Assembly (NCBI GenBank): GCA_947378275.1
Contig: CANCJD010000001.1
Coordinates: 1-58,500 of the forward strand
DNA: 58,500 nt
Direction: 5' to 3'
Origin: Comamonadaceae bacterium
GTDB taxonomy: Bacteria; Pseudomonadota; Gammaproteobacteria; Burkholderiales; Burkholderiaceae_C
Positions 39,306-49,400 of the stretch are shown here, piece by piece (the first letter of the stretch is position 1; every line of letters starts with the position of its first letter). The notes below the pieces were generated by a model that ran no database searches, was not told the origin of the DNA, and worked only from the letters and a program-made list of their open reading frames with translations. The translations under genes were made by a program, and so were the position numbers.

Positions 39306-40469
39306 TCAGCCGCGCATGCTGCGCGAGTGGCTGTGCACCGCTTCCACCAAGGCCGACACGTGCTCGGGTGGCGTGTGCTGGCTGATGCCGTGTCCTAGGT
39401 TAAAAATATGCGTGGGGCCTGCGCCTGCGCCCTGGTGTGGCCTGCCAAAACTGTCCAGCACCCGTGCCACCTCCGTCGCAATCTGGGCTGGGGGCGCAAA
39501 CAGCACGTTGGGGTCAATATTGCCTTGCAGCGCCTTGCCCGGGCCGCCTGCGGTGCCACCTACCGCTGCGCGTGCAGCGCCTAGGTTGACGGTCCAGTCC
39601 AAGCCCAGTACGTCGCAGTCCAGCGCAGCCATATCTTTCAGCCACAGGCCGCCGCCTTTGGTAAACACAATGCGCGGAATGATCTGGCCCTCAGGCCCCA
39701 CGCGTTTGAGCTGGGCCAGCACCCGCGCGGTGTAGGCCAAGCTGAAAGTCTGGAACGCGCCATCGGCCAGCACGCCGCCCCAACTGTCAAACACCATCAC
39801 TGCCTGGGCACCCGCGTCAATCTGGGCGTTCAGGTAAGCGGCCACCGAGTCGGCATTGATAGTTAGGATGCGGTGCATCAGGTCCGGGCGCGCGTAGAGC
39901 ATGGTTTTAACCAGGCGGTAGTCGTCCGAGCCCGCGCCTTCGACCATATAGCAGGCCAGGGTCCAGGGGCTGCCGGAAAAACCGATCAAGGGGACGCGAC
40001 CGCGTCCGTCGGACAGCTTCAGCGCACTGCGAATAGAGCTCACAGCATCAAACACGTAACGCAGCTTGTCCATGTCAGGCACTTCCAGGCGCGCCACGGC
40101 GGCTTCGTCGCGCACCGGATGGGCAAAGCGCGGGCCTTCACCCAGCGCAAAACTCAGGCCTAAGCCCATGGCGTCGGGCACGGTCAGGATGTCGCTGAAC
40201 AAAATGGCGGCGTCCAGCGGATAACGTTCCAGTGGCTGCAGAGTGACTTCGGTGGCGTAGTCGCGGTTGGTAGCCAGCCCCATAAAGCTGCCGGCCTGGG
40301 CCCGGGTGGCGCGGTATTCAGGCAAATACCGTCCCGCCTGGCGCATCAACCACAGCGGCGTGTAGGGCGTGGCCTGGCGCAGGCAGGCGCGCAGAAACGT
40401 GTCGTTGTGCAGCGGCGCAAAGGTGGCGTTCAGGGCGTCTTGTGTGGGTGTGGGGTGGGTGTGGTTCAT
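39306..40469 (-). CDS. hemE: uroporphyrinogen decarboxylase
   Basis: [48 protein letters not shown]. Confidence 0.97.
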   Translation of the reverse strand: MNHTHPTPTQDALNATFAPLHNDTFLRACLRQATPYTPLWLMRQAGRYLPEYRATRAQAGSFMGLATNRDYATEVTLQPLERYPLDAAILFSDILTVPDAMGLGLSFALGEGPRFAHPVRDEAAVARLEVPDMDKLRYVFDAVSSIRSALKLSDGRGRVPLIGFSGSPWTLACYMVEGAGSDDYRLVKTMLYARPDLMHRILTINADSVAAYLNAQIDAGAQAVMVFDSWGGVLADGAFQTFSLAYTARVLAQLKRVGPEGQIIPRIVFTKGGGLWLKDMAALDCDVLGLDWTVNLGAARAAVGGTAGGPGKALQGNIDPNVLFAPPAQIATEVARVLDSFGRPHQGAGAGPTHIFNLGHGISQHTPPEHVSALVEAVHSHSRSMRG

Positions 40470-40764
40470 GGCTTGGGTTGCGTTATCGCTCGCTAGGGGT
40501 CAGGGTTTGCGGACAGAACCCGGGGGCCATATGCGCAGTCCGGGTCTGGTGCAAGCGCGCTCGAGGTGGAAATCCACCCCGTGGTGGGCTTGGCAGCAAG
40601 TGTACGCAACTCGCTCCTTGAACACGGAATATTCCGGCTTGCTTCCCCATGTTGCGGTGCAGGAGGCGATGACACCGACCTCCAATGTAGGTGCTTGTTT
40701 GTATCCAAATACGAATAAATATCCAAATTGGATAGTTATACTGACCCGAGAAAAGGGAGAGAAA

Positions 40765-42729
40765 TTGGCAGCTACATTCAACGCCCGCTGGGCTGAGCAA
40801 GGCGCGTGGCAGCGCGAGTTTTCCTTTCTACTGCGCCTCTTTTCGCGTTGGTTAAAAGATAACGCGCTGCTGGACTCTGCCGTGCAAGACTGCCTTGAGC
40901 GCTTGGAAAACAGGGTTCGCGGCAGCAGGGTGATGGTCGCCTTTGTCGCTGAGTTCTCGCGCGGCAAGTCAGAAATGGTCAACGCTATTTTCTTTGCTGA
41001 CTATGGGCGCCGCATCATGCCTGCCAGTGCTGGACGCACCACCATGTGTCCCACAGAAATCGCCTATGACCCAGACCTGGCTCCCACCTTGCGCCTTTTG
41101 CCTATCCAAACCCGGCTGCAGGCTAAGGCGCTGCGGGACTGGCGTTTGAACCTCGACGCTTGGACGACCTTCGTCCTCGACTTGAACAGCGCAGAGCAAC
41201 TCGCCAGCACCTTTGAACGGGTTACCGAGACCCTGCAAGTCACGCCGCAAGAGGCGCAAGCTCTTGGTTTTTGGGACAGCCCAGGCCCAGAGGACCATCC
41301 TCCTACCGACGCCCAGGGCTTGGTGGAGGTGCCCAAATGGCGCCACGCGCTGGTCAACTTTGCGCATCCTCTCCTGAAGCAAGGCCTGGTCATTTTGGAT
41401 ACGCCGGGGCTCAATGCTGTTGGTGCGGAGCCCGAGCTCACGCTCGACCTGATCGACCAGGCTGACGCGGTGGTCTTTATCGTGGGCGCAGACACGGGCG
41501 TCACTGCATCCGACCTTGCCATTTGGCAGGACCACATCAGGCCTTGCACCGACCAGGGCCGTACCGAGCTCCTTGTGCTCAACAAAATTGATACCTTGTG
41601 GGACGAACTCAGGAGTCCGGACCAGGTCCAGGCGCAAATCGAAGCGCAAAAGCGCCGCGCTGCAGAGGCCCTGGGCGTCGATCCGCAGGATGTGTTGGCC
41701 GTATCGGCCCAAAAAGGCCTGGTTGCCAAAATCAGCAGTAACGCGGATCTGTTGGAGCGAAGTGGCTTGCTGGCTTTAGAGGCCGCTCTGGCCCATGGCG
41801 TAGTCGGTGGACGCCGCGCAGCGCTGCACATCGCTGTTGCGCAGGACATCGCCACACTCCTTGCAGAAGTGGGGCGCATAGTTCATACGTCTCAAATGGG
41901 TTTGGCCGGGCAACGCGCGGAAGTCGAAGGTTTGCGGGGAAAAAGCGATGCCGTTGTGCAGCAGATGCGCGAGCGCATCGCGCGTGAGCAGCAGGAGTTT
42001 GAACGCGGGAGCAGCAAAATCCGCGCCGTCAAGGCCGTGCACGCGCGACTTTTCCAAGACATCTGGGACGCGCTGGATCCAAGCCAATTGGCCCATGAAA
42101 TCAATACGCTGGAACGCGCGCTTTCCCAGCCTGGCTTGAAGATGGGAGCCAAGAAGGCTTATGGCGAAACTTTCTCTCGCCTTCGTGCGCGTTTAAGTCA
42201 GGTGCAGGCGCTCGCCAACGAAATCAGGGCGATGCAAGTGGCCACCTTTCACCAGATCAATGCCGAACTTGGTACGGCACTGCAGCCACTGGCGCCGCCA
42301 GCCCTGGACGCCTGCTTGATGGATTTGGCACTGACCGAGCGCAGCCACCTGTCGTACCTCGGCTTGCGCAACCTCTTGCGCCTGCAGCAGCCCGAGTTCA
42401 GGCAGCGGTTGGTCGTAGCGCTGGAGTCCAGATTACAGACGATGCGGGCGGGAGTACGAATGGATGCGCAGTCATGGCGCAATTCGGTTGCAGCGCACTT
42501 GGACGCGCAGATACACCTTCGGCGGACCCATTTTGCAAACCGGCTTGATGCCCTCGAAAAGGTCGGAAACGCAACCGCGGGGCTTCACCAGCGCTTGCGC
42601 CAGTTGGCAGACCGTCAACAGGCGATGGAGGCGCTAGCCACCAAGCTCGAAGAACAGACGGCCCACTTGGTCGCCGCCAACGAGGACCACCAGGCCAAGC
42701 TGCAGGCCCGATCGCTCCCCCCGTTTTGA
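40765..42729 (+). CDS. dynamin-like GTPase family protein
   Basis: TTG start after AGGGAG; G1 AEFSRGKS, G2 GRTT, G3 DTPG, G4 LNKID; helical coiled-coil C-terminal half. Confidence 0.85.
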   Translation: MAATFNARWAEQGAWQREFSFLLRLFSRWLKDNALLDSAVQDCLERLENRVRGSRVMVAFVAEFSRGKSEMVNAIFFADYGRRIMPASAGRTTMCPTEIAYDPDLAPTLRLLPIQTRLQAKALRDWRLNLDAWTTFVLDLNSAEQLASTFERVTETLQVTPQEAQALGFWDSPGPEDHPPTDAQGLVEVPKWRHALVNFAHPLLKQGLVILDTPGLNAVGAEPELTLDLIDQADAVVFIVGADTGVTASDLAIWQDHIRPCTDQGRTELLVLNKIDTLWDELRSPDQVQAQIEAQKRRAAEALGVDPQDVLAVSAQKGLVAKISSNADLLERSGLLALEAALAHGVVGGRRAALHIAVAQDIATLLAEVGRIVHTSQMGLAGQRAEVEGLRGKSDAVVQQMRERIAREQQEFERGSSKIRAVKAVHARLFQDIWDALDPSQLAHEINTLERALSQPGLKMGAKKAYGETFSRLRARLSQVQALANEIRAMQVATFHQINAELGTALQPLAPPALDACLMDLALTERSHLSYLGLRNLLRLQQPEFRQRLVVALESRLQTMRAGVRMDAQSWRNSVAAHLDAQIHLRRTHFANRLDALEKVGNATAGLHQRLRQLADRQQAMEALATKLEEQTAHLVAANEDHQAKLQARSLPPF

Positions 42730-42845
42730 AAAGGGATGCGGACTATTCCAATTTCACTTCTTTTGGGTTGGTGTTAGAACATTTCACCAATTAAAACAAT
42801 GTATATTTGGGTAAAATTACCAATTAAATATTTATAAAGTAAAAA

Positions 42846-43244
42846 ATGAGCGATTTTAAGTCTGGGAGATGCGTAATGGTTGTGGACGACAGTCATACCA
42901 TCCGGCGAAGTGCTGAAATTTTCCTCACACGCGCCGGGCATGAAGTGGTCCTCGCTGAAGACGGTTTTGACGCTCTGGCCAAGGTCAATGACCGGGCGCC
43001 CGATCTGATTTTTTGTGACGTGCTGATGCCCCGGCTTGATGGTTACCAAACCTGCGCCATTATCAAACGCAATGTGCGCTTTGCATGGGTTCCCATAGTC
43101 ATGCTTTCCTCTAAAGATGGCGTTTTCGATAAAGCCCGGGGGCGCATTGCAGGGGCCGACCACTACCTTACCAAGCCGTTCACCAACGAACAACTGCTGC
43201 GGGCGGTACAGCAGTTTCGCAGCGCGACCCAAGGAGTCCATTGA
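42846..43244 (+). CDS. pilG: Chp response regulator PilG
   Basis: DDS-TIRRSAE, DGFDALAK, MPRLDGYQTCAIIK, LSSKDG-FDKARGR, YLTKPF. Confidence 0.93.
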   Translation: MSDFKSGRCVMVVDDSHTIRRSAEIFLTRAGHEVVLAEDGFDALAKVNDRAPDLIFCDVLMPRLDGYQTCAIIKRNVRFAWVPIVMLSSKDGVFDKARGRIAGADHYLTKPFTNEQLLRAVQQFRSATQGVH

Positions 43245-43609
43245 TGCCGGTGCAAAAAGTGCTTATCGTGGACGACTCCAAAACGGAGACGTTTTTGATC
43301 ACTGCGATCTTGCAGCAACACGGCTTCATGGTCGCCAGCGCAGAAGACGCACAAGAAGCCATGGATAGGATCGCTACTGAGCGCCCTGAACTTATCCTGA
43401 TGGACGTGGTGATGCCCGGTCGCAATGGCTTTCAGCTCACCCGCACCATTACCCGTACGGCGGAATACGCAGACATCCCCATTTTCTTTTGCACAAGCAA
43501 AGACCTAGAAACGGACAGAGTCTGGGGTCTGCGCCAAGGCGCGCGCGACTACATCACCAAGCCGGTAAATGCCGCCGAGCTGATTGCCAAAATCAAGGCC
43601 TTGGGCTGA
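43244..43609 (+). CDS. pilH: Chp response regulator PilH
   Basis: DDSKTE, MDVVMPG-NGFQLTR, ETDRVWG-RQGA-DY-TKP. Confidence 0.92.
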   Translation: MPVQKVLIVDDSKTETFLITAILQQHGFMVASAEDAQEAMDRIATERPELILMDVVMPGRNGFQLTRTITRTAEYADIPIFFCTSKDLETDRVWGLRQGARDYITKPVNAAELIAKIKALG

Positions 43610-43616
43610 CGCCTCC

Positions 43617-44165
43617 ATGGCCACTCGGGAGTCACTCAAAGACATGCAGGCGCGGCTTACGGAGCGCTTGAAGTTTGCACGGTCAAGCAGCGCATCCATG
43701 ACCTGGCTTGCGGTTACTGCCGGGGGCAAAAACTACCTCCTTGCGTTGCGCCAGTCGGGCGAGCTTTTGCCGATCGCCCAGTGGCAGGCGGTGCCCCATA
43801 CCAAACCGTGGTTTTTGGGTGTCATGAACATCCGTGGCAGCCTTTTTGGCACCATTGATCTGGCGCAATTCATTGCCCACACCGTCGGACTGGCCCATGA
43901 TGACTTCCCTGACACAGGGGCCCAACAGACGGGATCGGCCAGAGTTGTAACCATCGGCCCTGCGATCGAGGGCAACTGCGCATTGCAAGTCAGCGGGCTT
44001 GCGGGACTGCGGGGGGGCGACGCGTTCACATCGTCTAAGCCGGCAGAAGCGGATGCGCCGCCATTTTTTGGCCTCCAGTTTTTTGATGCGCACGGAGAGC
44101 GTTGGCAAGAGATCAACCTCCAAGCGCTGTCCCAGTCTCCCCAGTTTTTAAACATCAGCGCTTAG
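43617..44165 (+). CDS. pilI: CheW-like adaptor PilI
   Basis: [16 protein letters not shown]...DL; operon position. Confidence 0.85.
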   Translation: MATRESLKDMQARLTERLKFARSSSASMTWLAVTAGGKNYLLALRQSGELLPIAQWQAVPHTKPWFLGVMNIRGSLFGTIDLAQFIAHTVGLAHDDFPDTGAQQTGSARVVTIGPAIEGNCALQVSGLAGLRGGDAFTSSKPAEADAPPFFGLQFFDAHGERWQEINLQALSQSPQFLNISA

Positions 44166-44178
44166 ACAGGTACATGCC

Positions 44179-46455
44179 ATGGCCATTCCCAACTTGTTTC
44201 CTATTAACCGAGCCGGTAAGCCAGAGGTCCTTCCTATGACGTACGAGCCATCTCAGTTCACTGAACACATGGTGCGCGACAGTACGGCGCCCGCACAGGC
44301 GTCGTTGTCACCAGAGAATACGGATCCGCCTAGCGCTGAGTCCGGCCCCCAGCAAGATGCCTCTGAGGTGCTGGTTGCCGTCCCGGGCTTGGGTCGTCGC
44401 AGTGTGCGGGCGCAGCGTCGTCTATTGAGTACCTTGTTAGGCGTATCCTTGGCGGTGGTGCTTCCGGCAGCAGCCTACAAGCTGGAGTTGCTGGACACAC
44501 TCGCTCAGCAAATCGCGGCCACGGGGCAGTCGCAGATGCAGTCGCAACGTCTGGCCAAGTCCGTCACCCAGGCGTTGGTGGGCAATCCGCAGGCTTTTGT
44601 GGATTTGGCCGCGAGTGCAGAGGTGCTTTCCAACTCGATCGCCGGTCTTGAACAGGGTGACCCTGGCACGCGCATCAAGGCATTGCCTGAAGACTTACGG
44701 CCGACATTGCTTCCGGTGCTTGCGCTGGTGGAGCAGGCCCAAAAGAGCAGTAGCACCATCTTGGCGCAGCAAAAGATACTGGAGCAAATTGGCGTGGCAC
44801 TGCTGCGTATGAACCGCCAGTCTGACGACTTGCTGGAGTTGACCAAAACCATCTCATCGATGAAGCAACAACAGGGCGCGACGCCTGGCGATGTTTCCGC
44901 GGTGGGCGAGTTGTCTACCCTGACCCAACGCATCGGCAAATCAACCAACGAATTCCTGACCAGCCAGGGCGCTAGTCCAGAGGCTGTCTTTCTGTTGGGC
45001 AAGGACCTGAATGCATTCAAGGACATCGCGCAGGGTTTGCTGGACGGGAGCGCCGACTTGCGGCTCAACGCCACACAGGACAAGCCCACGCGTGACAAGC
45101 TCGTCGAGCTGATCGGCATGTTTGAAGAAACGCGCTTGCAGGCCGGCGCCATTTTGAACAACCTTCAGGCCTTGGTGGCGGTGCGTCAGGCACAGGCTAG
45201 CGTCATTAAAGACAGTGAGCCTTTGCGTGAGCATTTGGAAGCGCTTCAAAATCAGCTGTCCGACCGTGCTCGCGAAGGGGTTTTTGCCACGGGCGCGCTT
45301 GCGCTGCTGGCTTTGCTGGCCTTGCTCAGTGGGCTAGGGCTGTCTTATGTGCAGGTGCAAGAAAGCCGCATACGCCAGAGATTGGCAGAAGCCCAGCGCC
45401 AGACCGCCCAGGAAAGCAGTCGCCACGCACAACAGGCGGAGCAAGACGCCAAGCGCATCAACGAATCCAACCAGTCTGCGATTTTGCGCCTCATGAATGA
45501 GTTGCAGGCCGTAGCCGGCGGTGACCTGACGCAGGAAGCCACAGTGAGCGAAGACATTACCGGCGCTATCGCCGATTCGGTCAATTACACGGTAGAAGAG
45601 TTGCGCTCGCTGATTACGAGTGTGCAGAGCGCTGCCGAACGCGTCACCCAAACCACGGCCACGGTGGACAGCACGTCGCAGGCGCTGTTAGTGGCCTCGG
45701 ACGCCCAAATGCAGGACATTCGACAAGCGGGTCGTTCGGTGGTGGAGATGGCTGGGCGCATCACGGATGTGTCGGCGCAAGCGCAGGAATCGGCCTTGGT
45801 GGCGCGGCAGTCCTTGCAGGCGGCAGAGTCTGGTCTGCAGGCAGTGCAAAGCGCGATTGGGGGCATGCACAGCATCCGAGACCAGATTCAGGAAACATCT
45901 AAGCGCATTAAGCGGCTGGGCGAGTCGTCGCAGGAAATTGGCGAGATCACTGACTTGATCTCGGACATTACGGAACAGACCAATGTCTTGGCGCTCAATG
46001 CCGCCATTCAAGCCGCTTCTGCCGGAGAAGCCGGGCGGGGTTTCTCCGTCGTTGCCGAAGAAGTTCAGCGTTTGGCCGAGCGGTCTGCTGACGCCACGCG
46101 GCAAATTGCCGCCCTAGTAAAAATGATCCAAACCGATGCGCAAAATGCGATGGGTGCCATGGAGCGCTCGGCACAGGGCGTGGTTGCTGGCGCTCAGTTG
46201 TCGGACAACGCGGGTAACGCACTGACCGAGATTGACCGCGTATCGCGCGAAGTTGCTGAACGGATTGGGCAAATTTCAAGTGCTGCATCCCGCGAAGCCG
46301 AACTCGCTGGCGGCGTGGCGCAAAGCATTCAGCAAATATTTGCTGTGACCGAGAGAACGGCAGACGGCACCCGTGCCACAGCAAGCCAGGTGCGTGAGCT
46401 GTCGCACACCGCCCAGGAATTGCGGCAATCGGTGGCGCGTTTCAAAATTGCTTAG
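44179..46455 (+). CDS. pilJ: methyl-accepting chemotaxis protein PilJ
   Basis: QSQRLAK sensor motif, [46 protein letters not shown]. Confidence 0.92.
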   Translation: MAIPNLFPINRAGKPEVLPMTYEPSQFTEHMVRDSTAPAQASLSPENTDPPSAESGPQQDASEVLVAVPGLGRRSVRAQRRLLSTLLGVSLAVVLPAAAYKLELLDTLAQQIAATGQSQMQSQRLAKSVTQALVGNPQAFVDLAASAEVLSNSIAGLEQGDPGTRIKALPEDLRPTLLPVLALVEQAQKSSSTILAQQKILEQIGVALLRMNRQSDDLLELTKTISSMKQQQGATPGDVSAVGELSTLTQRIGKSTNEFLTSQGASPEAVFLLGKDLNAFKDIAQGLLDGSADLRLNATQDKPTRDKLVELIGMFEETRLQAGAILNNLQALVAVRQAQASVIKDSEPLREHLEALQNQLSDRAREGVFATGALALLALLALLSGLGLSYVQVQESRIRQRLAEAQRQTAQESSRHAQQAEQDAKRINESNQSAILRLMNELQAVAGGDLTQEATVSEDITGAIADSVNYTVEELRSLITSVQSAAERVTQTTATVDSTSQALLVASDAQMQDIRQAGRSVVEMAGRITDVSAQAQESALVARQSLQAAESGLQAVQSAIGGMHSIRDQIQETSKRIKRLGESSQEIGEITDLISDITEQTNVLALNAAIQAASAGEAGRGFSVVAEEVQRLAERSADATRQIAALVKMIQTDAQNAMGAMERSAQGVVAGAQLSDNAGNALTEIDRVSREVAERIGQISSAASREAELAGGVAQSIQQIFAVTERTADGTRATASQVRELSHTAQELRQSVARFKIA

Positions 46456-46463
46456 CGCCGCAC

Positions 46464-49400
46464 ATGAACCTTGCCCTTCACCCGATCGCTCAAAGCATGG
46501 CTACCGTTCCCGCCGTAAATCCACATGTGGGAACGCCCCCGGACCTGGGACCCCTGGCCTGGGTCCTGGAAGACTTGCGTACCTCACTCATGGGCGCTGG
46601 CAAGGCGATCCACCGTTTTGTTTGGGACGAAAAGACCGGTGCCAACGGCCACCTCACGAATCCCGATACCCGTGAGTTGCGTCAGGCCCGCCAGAAATTC
46701 CACCAAAGCGCCGGGGCCCTGGAGATGGTGGGACAGCCGCGCGTGGCCATGCTTACGCGTGCCCTGGAGACTTTGGCAGAAAAATTCGTGCAGTGGCCCG
46801 ACGTCTGTACCGAAGACGCTGCCCGCCGTGTGGAGCATGCCAGTCGTGCCGTATTGGAATATGTGGAAGGACTCCTGAAGGGCAAACGGGCGTCGCCCGT
46901 GGCGCTGTTCCCACAGCAACGCGCTGTTATGGAACTGTGTGGCGCTGAACGCATCCACCCTGCTGATCTCTGGGACCATGAATGGCAATGGCGGCCGGTG
47001 GATTTGCCCGCGGCACTCGTGCCTTTGCATTATTCGCCCGCTGTGCGTGCGGGCCTAGGCGAATCCTTGTTGCCCATCCTTAAAACGCTTGATGCCGCTT
47101 GTGCCACGCAAGTGGCAGGCCTGTGTGCAGGACTTGCTGCGGGGGAGTCCTTATTGGAGGGCCGCATTTTTTGGGCTTTTGCTACTGGATTTTTCGAGGC
47201 GATCGCCTGGGGTCGCCTGCCCGATGACGTCTATGTGCGGCGAAGCGCAGCAAAAATTATGGCGCAGTACGCGTTGATGGCTACGGGCCAGGTGGCGTCG
47301 CTTGATGTGATGGTGCAGGAGTTGATGTTCTTTTGCGCCTTCGCCGACCCGCCCGAAGGCGATGCGGCACCCCTGCTGAAGGAGGTGCGTCGGGCCTATC
47401 GACTGGGTATTCACCAAGGCATCGACTATGAGGCTGCACCGTTCGGTAGGTTTGACCCTACCCAGCTCGCCTTGGCCCGTAAACGCCTTGGCGCGGCGGC
47501 AGAAACATGGTCGGCTGTGGCAGGCGGTGACTTAAGCCGTTGTGCAGCAGTGGTTGAGCAGTTCGCCCTGGTTGCTGACACCGTCGCCAAATTGCATTCG
47601 GACAATCTTGCCCTGGTGATGGCACTGAGCGCGGCGGCTCAGGCTACCGCCCGTGCAGACGCAGTCCCAAACTCTGCCATCGCGATAGAAGTAGCAACCT
47701 CGCTCCTGTACCTAGAAGCTGTCTATGACGACCTCGACGCAGCCGGCCACACCATGGAGCAACGTAGCACGCGTCTGGCAACGCGGCTGCAAAAGGTGTG
47801 CACGGGCGGTGTCGCCGAGCCTATTGAAAGCTGGATGGAGGAGTTGTACCGCCGTGTGAGTGATCGCAAGACCATGGGTTCGGTCGTAGTGGAGTTGTGC
47901 CGGTCGCTCGCTGAAGTCGAAAAATCGCTGGACAGCTTCATTCGGAATCCGGCAGACGCTTTGGCCCTGCAGCCAGTGTCTACGGTTCTGATGCAGATGC
48001 GGGGTGTTTTTTCTGTGCTCGGCTTGGAGCAGGCCGCTTTGGCGGCTCTGCGTATGCGTGTCAGCATTGAGCGGCTGCTCTTGCCAACAGCGGGGTCGCC
48101 GGAGTCTTCCAAGGCGCTGGTGTTCCAACTGGTCAGCAGTCTGAGCTGCATGGGCTTTTTGATCGATATGCTGGGCTACCAGCCAGCCCTGGCCAAGGAC
48201 TTGTTTGTATTCGACGAGGCGCTAGGAGAGTTCAAACCCCGTATGGACCGTGAAAATTCGTTGGCGCAACGGGCGCGCTTGTCCTTCCCGCCTGTGCCCG
48301 AAGTGCCCCAAGCCCCCATGCAAGAAGCGGCCTCCACGGCCAGTGACACAGCCGATAAAGAGGGCGATGGTGAGATCCGCTCCATATTTTTGACCGAAGC
48401 CCGGGATGTGCTGCAAAGCGGCATGCAAGCGGTGGACGCCTTGGCATTGGCGCCTGCCAATTTCTCTGCACTTTCGACGCTGCGCCGCGCCTTTCATACG
48501 CTCAAGGGCAGCGCGCGTATGGTTGATTTGCATGATTTGGGCGAGGCCGCATGGTCGTTCGAGCAGCTTCTCAACGACCGGTTGGCTGAACGGCTGCCTG
48601 CGAGCGACGCCTTAGTGGGGCTGTGCAAAGACGCGGTACAGGCATTGGGCACATGGATTGATGCCGTCTCGCTAAATCAAACTTCGCCCGTGGCTGCTCT
48701 TGAATTTCGGCATTGTGCCGACAGCCTGCGGTTGCGTCACCACTATGATCCGTTTCCAGGCATGGCCCGCGCACAGGCGTCGGAGCCGCATGCCGCCAGC
48801 ATCTACCAATCGGCCGCCGATTCAACTGGCGTGCCGCAGATCCTCGCCCAGCCCGACGTCGTGGTGGGGCACCTCCGTTTGAGCGCCGACTTTTTCGAGG
48901 TTTTCGTTGAGGAGGCCCGAAGCTGGACTCAACAGCTCCAATCTGAACTGGCGCAGTGGGACGCCTCTATCCTGCAAACAGGGCCCCGTGGTGTCGCAGC
49001 CTTGGCGCACTCGCTGCAGGGAAGCGCAGCGGCAGTGGGCTTTACAGGCCTGTGGGAGCTGGCACGGGCCTTGGAACAAGCACTGGACCATCTTGAATTG
49101 CACGGTGTGTGCGCAGACCCCTGCAAATCGGTGCTGTGCGACGCAGCGCACGAAACCACGCGCTTGCTGGCATGTTTTTCCATCGGTACCCTGGTCGAGC
49201 CCCACCCCGCCGTCTTGCAGTCATTGGCGGATCTGGTCCATGGCCGCGTCGGGCTTGGGGGTAGCGTCCTGGTGCACCAAGAGCAAGGTGAGACAACAGA
49301 GGGTATAGAAACCTTTGAAGCGCTTGTGCCGCTCGACCCGCCGCCACCGGTGCCGTATGCGCCTGTGGCGGTCGCCGTAGCCGTACCTGGCACGGCACCT

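Noticed and set aside
38447-39398. Short ORFs in the priA-hemE spacer (38447-38695, 38581-38847, 38919-39107, 39144-39398)
   Set aside because: The shared VDNFVDI peptide is just the translated DnaA-box repeat; no SD or family motifs.
40369-40764. 132-aa N-terminal extension of the dynamin-like ORF
   Set aside because: Overlaps hemE and a promoter-like region; SD plus TTG at 40765 is the better start.
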